NCBI RefSeq assembly: GCF_006345805.1
Contig: NC_042999.1
Span: forward strand, 37,076,001-37,140,000
Source of the DNA: Octopus sinensis
Taxonomy: Eukaryota
Length of the DNA stretch: 64,000 nucleotides
Direction of reading: 5' to 3'
The position numbers were made by a program, and so were the translations under genes. Positions within the stretch are counted from its first letter, which is position 1, and each line of letters opens with the position of its first letter. Under the pieces are notes generated by a model. The model searched no databases. It worked only from the letters and a program-made list of their open reading frames with translations, and was not told the origin of the DNA. This document shows positions 62,701-64,000 of this stretch, piece after piece.

Positions 62701-63705
62701 GAATTTGAACTTAAAACATAAAGATAGATAAAATGCTTATCAGAAATAATTATATACTCCACTATTTCTCATTTGTTATCTTTTTTTTTTCTGTTTGTTT
62801 GTTTTTTAGAAAGTGGAGCGTAAGGAGAAACCAATGAAGCCATTTAAAATCCCTCAAGATTTGAAACAGGCTTTACCTTTTAAGAGTACCGAGAAGAATA
62901 TTGCCCCCAGAAAGGTACCCTACAAGAGAGTTGCTGTTGTAAAAGATCCCAAAGAAGCTAAGGTAAGATATTACTCTTTTACTTGTTTCAGTCATTCGAC
63001 TGTGGCCATGCTGGAGCACTGCCTTTAGTCGAGCAAATCAACCCCAGGACTTATGTTTTGTAAGCCTAGTACTTATTCTATCAGCCTCTTCTGCTGAACC
63101 GCTAAGTTATGGGGACGTAAACACACCAGCATCGGTTGTCAAGCGATGTTGGGGGGACAAACACAGACACACAAGCATATACACACACATACATATATAT
63201 ATACATATATATACGATGGGCTTCTTTCAGTTTCCATCTACCAAATCCACTCACAAGGCTTTGGTCGGCCTGAGGTTATAGTAGAAGGCTTTTGCCCAAG
63301 GTGCCACGCAGTGGGACTGAACCCAGAACCATGTGGTTGGTAAGGAAGCTACTTACCACACAGCCACTCCTGCGTCTATATTCTGAATAATTTTGATTTT
63401 TTTTTTTGTTTTTTTTTTCAGAATAAAATTAAAGTGTTATATTTATAGTTAATAATTCTGTACTGTCTTTGTTTGTTCGTTAATAGGTTGCCAAATTGAT
63501 GAAGATGTTTAGAGAGCTACACAAGCATAAAGAACGAGAGGAACGGATGAAGATGCGGGAGAGGGTCGACAAACACCGTGCAGTTCTTGCCAAAGAAGAG
63601 GAGAAGAAAGTTCAGCGATTGAAAGACATAAAGAAAGTTGTCTACCGCAGATTAGGAAAAATGGAAAAACAGAAAGAAGCTTTGGAAGAGAAAAAAATGA
63701 ATTGA
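2804..63705 (+). CDS. BMS1: Ribosome biogenesis protein BMS1 homolog; spliced CDS of 24 coding exons, 3381 nt, 1126 aa
   Basis: Manual exon chaining with GT-AG boundaries and consistent phases. Motifs recognised from BMS1 family knowledge: NPKAF, P-loop [118 protein letters not shown]. Confidence 0.97.
4158..4348 (+). CDS. BMS1: BMS1 coding exon 2 (P-loop)
   Basis: ttttcag acceptor; [18 protein letters not shown]...[11 protein letters not shown]...GPITVLA(G); donor GTAGGT. Confidence 0.97.
4828..5050 (+). mobile_element. tRNA-derived SINE family S3 (my label)
   Basis: GAGCTGGCAGA...GAGTTCAAATTCCGCCGAGGTCGAC...CCCCTTGTGGG. Confidence 0.85.
5211..5589 (-). mobile_element. tRNA-derived SINE family S2 (my label)
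   Basis: Minus strand GGAGGCGCAATGGCCCAGTGGTTAGAGC...GGTTTCGATTCC; flanking repeat TGCTTGGAAAT at 5193-5203 and 5593-5603; second copy at 61582. Confidence 0.88.
6367..7414 (+). mobile_element. Non-autonomous Helitron with five tandem copies of its 5' 160-171 bp
   Basis: 5' A|TC, 3' hairpin ACCCG-AGCAACGC-CGGGT (7386-7403) then CTAG|T (7411-7415); unit starts AGTGAGG at 6381, 6541, 6701, 6872, 7043. Confidence 0.82.
7665..7744 (+). CDS. BMS1: BMS1 coding exon 3
   Basis: [26 protein letters not shown]; ctag acceptor, GTATGT donor; not in supplied ORF track. Confidence 0.96.
7915..8257 (+). mobile_element. RTE 3' UTR copy with three GTGCCGGTGGCAC modules
   Basis: Matches the 3' end of the elements at 34372 and 41272. 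Confidence 0.88.
8408..8800 (+). mobile_element. SINE S1
   Basis: Full-length match to 1493 copy. Confidence 0.9.
9764..10047. mobile_element. hAT (Charlie-like) MITE
   Basis: TIRs CAGCAGTTTTCAAC / GTTGAGAACTCCTG; 8-bp flanks CTGTAGAT / TTCTAGAT (6/8 match, NTCTAGAN-type target). Confidence 0.7.
10198..10386 (+). CDS. BMS1: BMS1 coding exon 4
   Basis: [38 protein letters not shown]...FWTEIYQ; donor GTAAAT. Confidence 0.97.
10600..11110 (+). mobile_element. Non-autonomous Helitron, same family, one 5' unit and a different internal segment
   Basis: Same 5' body and same 3' end ACCCGAGCAATGCCGGGCGATACTGCTAG|T. Confidence 0.8.
11480..11760 (-). mobile_element. Probable Penelope-like terminal fragment
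   Basis: CGAAACG / CTGAAGAAGG motifs, CpG-rich, bounded by (TA)n tracts. Confidence 0.35.
11814..12390 (-). mobile_element. Internally deleted piggyBac-like transposon with transposase C-terminal remnant
   Basis: Right end GGTACCAGTTAAGGG|TTAA, left end TGAA|CCCTTTGCAGTGGTAC, subterminal GGGGTCA..TGACCCC. Minus-strand [19 protein letters not shown]...KTVCN resembles the piggyBac cysteine-rich domain. Confidence 0.65.
12575..12717 (+). CDS. BMS1: BMS1 coding exon 5
   Basis: [47 protein letters not shown](R); donor GTCAGT. Confidence 0.96.
13329..13590 (-). mobile_element. 3' end of a BovB-like RTE LINE with (AGAT)n tail
   Basis: [38 protein letters not shown]...[21 protein letters not shown] resembles the RTE-BovB ORF C-terminus as I recall it. 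Confidence 0.82.
13735..14032 (+). mobile_element. tRNA-derived SINE family S4 (my label); second copy about 9385-9630
   Basis: TGGCTCAGTGGTTAGAGC head; body shared with 9385-9630. Confidence 0.75.
14690..14965 (-). mobile_element. CR1-type LINE 3' fragment (same family as 31370)
   Basis: [43 protein letters not shown]; shared 3' UTR GGTGCACCTGAGCACTGTA. Confidence 0.82.
16511..16692 (+). mobile_element. RTE 3' UTR copy
   Basis: GGAAGGGCATCCAGCTGTAGAAA...CCATGCTAGCATGG...(GAT)n. Confidence 0.88.
16964..17085 (+). CDS. BMS1: BMS1 coding exon 6
   Basis: [40 protein letters not shown](G); donor GTATAC. Confidence 0.96.
17117..17670 (-). mobile_element. RTE 3' UTR copy with long target-site duplication, 30 nt downstream of exon 6
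   Basis: Flanked by ATACTGTCTATTAATA(TA)TACACACACAT at 17088-17116 and 17671-17697. Confidence 0.9.
18168..18370 (+). CDS. BMS1: BMS1 coding exon 7
   Basis: [19 protein letters not shown]...[20 protein letters not shown]...DEQ; donor GTAATT. Confidence 0.96.
18501..18800. mobile_element. piggyBac-type MITE family B
   Basis: TTAA|CCTTTTCGTTAC ... GTAACGAAAGGG|TTAA; degenerate copies near 35560-35790 and 36266-36970. Confidence 0.8.
18919..19110 (+). mobile_element. Penelope-like element terminal fragment between (TA)n tracts; related copies 22980-23190 (+) and 45790-45955 (-)
   Basis: Dispersed repeat seen directly. GAAGAG..TAGGCTCGAAACGT resembles PLE terminal motifs; the classification is inference. 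Confidence 0.45.
19868..20064. repeat. Long inverted repeat: 89-bp arms, 19-nt loop
   Basis: 19868-19956 pairs with 19976-20064 with two non-Watson-Crick positions. Confidence 0.95.
20077..20388 (-). mobile_element. RTE 3' UTR copy
   Basis: Same tail; modular repeats of about 60 bp. Confidence 0.88.
20980..21340 (+). mobile_element. Old CR1/L2-group LINE ORF2 C-terminal fragment
   Basis: [15 protein letters not shown]...[13 protein letters not shown] and later SFFPRT-like / WNCLP-like remnants. Confidence 0.6.
22272..22670 (+). mobile_element. SINE S1
   Basis: Full-length match, A-rich tail. Confidence 0.9.
23351..23396. repeat. (GT)n microsatellite
   Basis: Seen directly. Confidence 0.95.
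23470..23670 (+). mobile_element. 3' end of a third RTE-like LINE lineage with (TGA)n tail, inserted in an older SINE
   Basis: Plus-strand frame [63 protein letters not shown]. Confidence 0.75.
23950..24065 (+). CDS. BMS1: BMS1 coding exon 8
   Basis: [38 protein letters not shown]; ttttgtag acceptor, GTAAGT donor; phase fits both neighbours. Confidence 0.88.
24149..24511 (+). mobile_element. RTE 3' UTR copy inserted inside the left end of a TTAA MITE
   Basis: MITE end TTAACCCTTTAGCGTTCAG is split from its continuation (A)TTACTCTGTCAAA. Confidence 0.85.
25090..25606. mobile_element. Tc1/mariner (Tc2/pogo-like) MITE with TA flanks
   Basis: TACCTTAAATCCTCGTGTATAAT vs reverse complement of right end TACCGTAAATCTTCGAGTATAGT (19/23). 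Confidence 0.8.
26884..26962 (+). CDS. BMS1: BMS1 coding exon 9 (acidic region)
   Basis: [26 protein letters not shown]; tcttttag acceptor, GTAAAT donor. Confidence 0.85.
29188..29606 (+). mobile_element. SINE S1
   Basis: Full-length match. Confidence 0.88.
29986..30199 (-). mobile_element. SINE S3 with 20-bp TSD
   Basis: TCTCTCTCAATATTATACCT at 29966-29985 and 30200-30219. Confidence 0.9.
30542..30589 (+). CDS. BMS1: BMS1 coding exon 10 (48 nt, symmetric phase 0)
   Basis: [16 protein letters not shown]; tttttatag acceptor, GTAAGG donor. Confidence 0.8.
31370..31700 (+). mobile_element. CR1-type LINE 3' fragment
   Basis: [33 protein letters not shown] matches the CR1-group C-terminal motif TRGH...RK.FF..RV...WN. 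Confidence 0.85.
32860..33064 (+). CDS. BMS1: BMS1 coding exon 11 (Asp/Glu/Ser-rich)
   Basis: [53 protein letters not shown]...EK(G); donor GTGAGC. Confidence 0.87.
33195..33422. mobile_element. piggyBac-type MITE family A
   Basis: TTAACCCTTTAGCATTCA ... TGAAGACTAAAGGGTTAA. Confidence 0.8.
34372..35170 (-). mobile_element. Shorter copy of the same RTE family: ORF C-terminus + complete 3' UTR
   Basis: [23 protein letters not shown]...[16 protein letters not shown]...KTQQIK* continues directly into the abundant repeat and (GAT)n tail. Confidence 0.92.
35947..36048 (+). CDS. BMS1: BMS1 coding exon 12
   Basis: [33 protein letters not shown]; donor GTAAGT. Confidence 0.94.
36487..36860 (+). mobile_element. 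SINE S1 nested in two TTAA MITEs
   Basis: Full-length match; flanks are MITE internal sequence. Confidence 0.88.
37699..37865 (+). CDS. BMS1: BMS1 coding exon 13
   Basis: [21 protein letters not shown]...LQDWSLNE; donor GTTATT. Confidence 0.92.
38090..38175. repeat. (TA)n microsatellite (others near 10548-10612, 18875-18900, 19115-19165, 26995-27035, 39905-39950)
   Basis: Seen directly. Confidence 0.95.
39150..39904 (+). mobile_element. Probable non-autonomous Helitron, second family
   Basis: Starts in (TA)n...TATATATGAAAGGCAG; ends CTGGGCTATGCTGCTAG|T followed by (TA)n. Confidence 0.55.
39971..40062. mobile_element. 92-bp Tc2/pogo-like mini-MITE
   Basis: TACCATATTTACTCATGTATAA / TTATACATGAGTAAATACAGTA (20/22 inverted match). 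Confidence 0.75.
40268..40349 (+). CDS. BMS1: BMS1 coding exon 14
   Basis: [27 protein letters not shown]; donor GTAAGT. Confidence 0.93.
40752..40900 (+). mobile_element. RTE 3' UTR copy (inverted relative to 40989)
   Basis: Direct sequence match to family tail. Confidence 0.88.
40989..41220 (-). mobile_element. RTE 3' UTR copy
   Basis: Direct sequence match to family tail. Confidence 0.88.
41272..44050 (-). mobile_element. 5'-truncated RTE-clade non-LTR retrotransposon (RT region + 3' UTR + (GAT)n tail; endonuclease missing)
   Basis: ORF contains [66 protein letters not shown] (YADD at 42804-42815), [20 protein letters not shown]. The upstream linker (43790-44113 ORF, TWWWN) is joined by an apparent 1-bp deletion near 43887. 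Ends in CCATGCTAGCATGG...(GAT)n. Confidence 0.96.
44134..44540 (-). mobile_element. SINE S1, antisense, with long poly(A) tail
   Basis: Reverse complement of family consensus; T-run 44134-44155. Confidence 0.9.
46244..46345 (+). CDS. BMS1: BMS1 coding exon 15
   Basis: [33 protein letters not shown]; donor GTAATG. Confidence 0.95.
46625..46993 (+). mobile_element. RTE 3' UTR copy headed by a 6 x 17-bp tandem expansion
   Basis: (GGCCGTTGCCAGCCTCG)6 at 46629-46730, followed by standard modules and tail. Confidence 0.88.
47050..47186 (+). CDS. BMS1: BMS1 coding exon 16
   Basis: [25 protein letters not shown]...ESQAK; donor GTAAGG. Confidence 0.94.
47270..47720. repeat. 21-bp minisatellite (TACTCCAGTAATACTGTTCTG)n, degrading 3'-ward
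   Basis: Near-perfect units about 47313-47420; produces the 7-aa periodic ORFs in the track. Confidence 0.92.
48409..48597 (+). CDS. BMS1: BMS1 coding exon 17
   Basis: LNKEEF...[24 protein letters not shown]...IGFVR; donor GTAAGT. Confidence 0.97.
49080..49468. mobile_element. Unclassified TIR element (about 46-bp TIRs)
   Basis: CCCACTTAAATGTGGAAGTTCTGTTAGAACAAACTATA (49089-49126) is 37/38 complementary to 49423-49460. Confidence 0.65.
49651..49831 (+). CDS. BMS1: BMS1 coding exon 18
   Basis: [30 protein letters not shown]...[16 protein letters not shown](G); donor GTAAGT. Confidence 0.97.
50388..50446 (+). CDS. BMS1: BMS1 coding exon 19
   Basis: [19 protein letters not shown]; donor GTAAGT. 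Confidence 0.94.
50818..50933 (-). mobile_element. 5'-truncated SINE S3 with 13-bp TSD
   Basis: AAACACACCACCT at 50805-50817 and 50934-50946. Confidence 0.88.
51474..51596 (+). CDS. BMS1: BMS1 coding exon 20
   Basis: [41 protein letters not shown]; donor GTTTGA. Confidence 0.96.
54139..54286 (+). CDS. BMS1: BMS1 coding exon 21
   Basis: [30 protein letters not shown]...[14 protein letters not shown]; donor GTTTGT. Confidence 0.96.
55930..56340 (+). mobile_element. Possible degenerate LINE endonuclease C-terminus / linker
   Basis: [19 protein letters not shown] resembles the terminal (S)DHRP motif of APE domains; frames are broken. Confidence 0.35.
57142..57317 (+). CDS. BMS1: BMS1 coding exon 22
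   Basis: [25 protein letters not shown]...[11 protein letters not shown]...DSFYK; donor GTAAGA. Confidence 0.96.
59995..60278 (+). mobile_element. Degenerate 3' end of a fourth RTE-like LINE lineage
   Basis: Frame with stops: [50 protein letters not shown]...SSTHSG*. Confidence 0.68.
60735..61115 (-). mobile_element. SINE S1, antisense, slightly 5'-truncated
   Basis: Reverse complement match. Confidence 0.88.
61458..62256 (+). mobile_element. Older SINE family S5 (my label): S1-like head with RTE-like tail, interrupted by an S2 copy
   Basis: tRNA-like head, microsatellite core, tail GGAAGGGCATCTGGCCATAGAAA...ATGCAAGCATGGAAAAGTGGATGTT; related copies near 23205-23826, 25790-26215, 28100-29146. 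Confidence 0.7.
61582..61945 (-). mobile_element. SINE S2 inserted in an older SINE
   Basis: Near-identical to 5211-5589. Confidence 0.88.
62810..62962 (+). CDS. BMS1: BMS1 coding exon 23
   Basis: [26 protein letters not shown]...[12 protein letters not shown]; donor GTAAGA. Confidence 0.95.
62971..63376 (-). mobile_element. SINE S1, antisense, starting 8 nt after the exon 23 donor
   Basis: Reverse complement match. Confidence 0.9.
63487..63705 (+). CDS. BMS1: BMS1 terminal coding exon 24
   Basis: [13 protein letters not shown]...[24 protein letters not shown]; TGA at 63703-63705. Confidence 0.95.
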   Translation, partial: VAKLMKMFRELHKHKEREERMKMRERVDKHRAVLAKEEEKKVQRLKDIKKVVYRRLGKMEKQKEALEEKKMN

Positions 63706-63950
63706 AGGAAAGTGTGTGTGGTGTGTGCGAGAGAGAGAGAGAGAGAGAGAAGTGTATGAAAGTGGGATCAGGTGGGGAGATAGTCACTTGTTGCAAAAAA
63801 TGTCCAGAATAATGGCAGTGGTGTTTGTTTGTCTTTGTACAAGAGAACTAAAGGAAATGTCTGTTCTGCTATCAGCAGTGGAACTGAATGCAATGGTTTA
63901 ATGACTCCATATATGTGTCATTACATTGGTTTTTATCACTGTACAGGTTC

Positions 63951-63956
63951 AATAAA
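63951..63956 (+). promoter_or_regulatory. Candidate polyadenylation signal AATAAA
   Basis: About 245 nt after the stop codon; it begins an A-run, so may be incidental. Confidence 0.5.
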
Positions 63957-64000
63957 AAAAAAAATATGAAGAATTATATTTATTTTGCAATTAAATGCTT

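Overview
Eukaryotic (animal) genomic DNA, not prokaryotic. Nearly the whole window is one plus-strand gene, BMS1 (ribosome biogenesis GTPase for the 40S subunit). I reconstructed it by hand as 24 GT-AG coding exons from ATG 2804 to TGA 63705: 3381 nt, 1126 aa, all intron phases consistent. A candidate promoter and non-coding first exon lie near 800-890, and an AATAAA at 63951. The introns are saturated with repeats: a 5'-truncated RTE-clade LINE with an open RT region and an embedded PHD-type Cys/His finger (41272-44050, minus); roughly 30 shorter copies of its modular 3' UTR; 3' fragments of three other RTE lineages and of CR1-type LINEs; several tRNA-derived SINE families; non-autonomous Helitrons; piggyBac-type, hAT-type and Tc1/mariner-type MITEs; a degenerate piggyBac transposase end; Penelope-like fragments; and many microsatellites. 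The repeat landscape resembles, from my recollection, octopus (coleoid cephalopod) genomes; this assignment is inference. Most ORFs in the supplied track are artefacts of repeats. The most interesting unexplained signals are RNA-structural: an 89-bp near-perfect intronic hairpin, a pre-miRNA-sized hairpin, a nested foldback, and inverted LINE 3' UTR pairs bracketing exons. I found no clearly novel multi-gene system.
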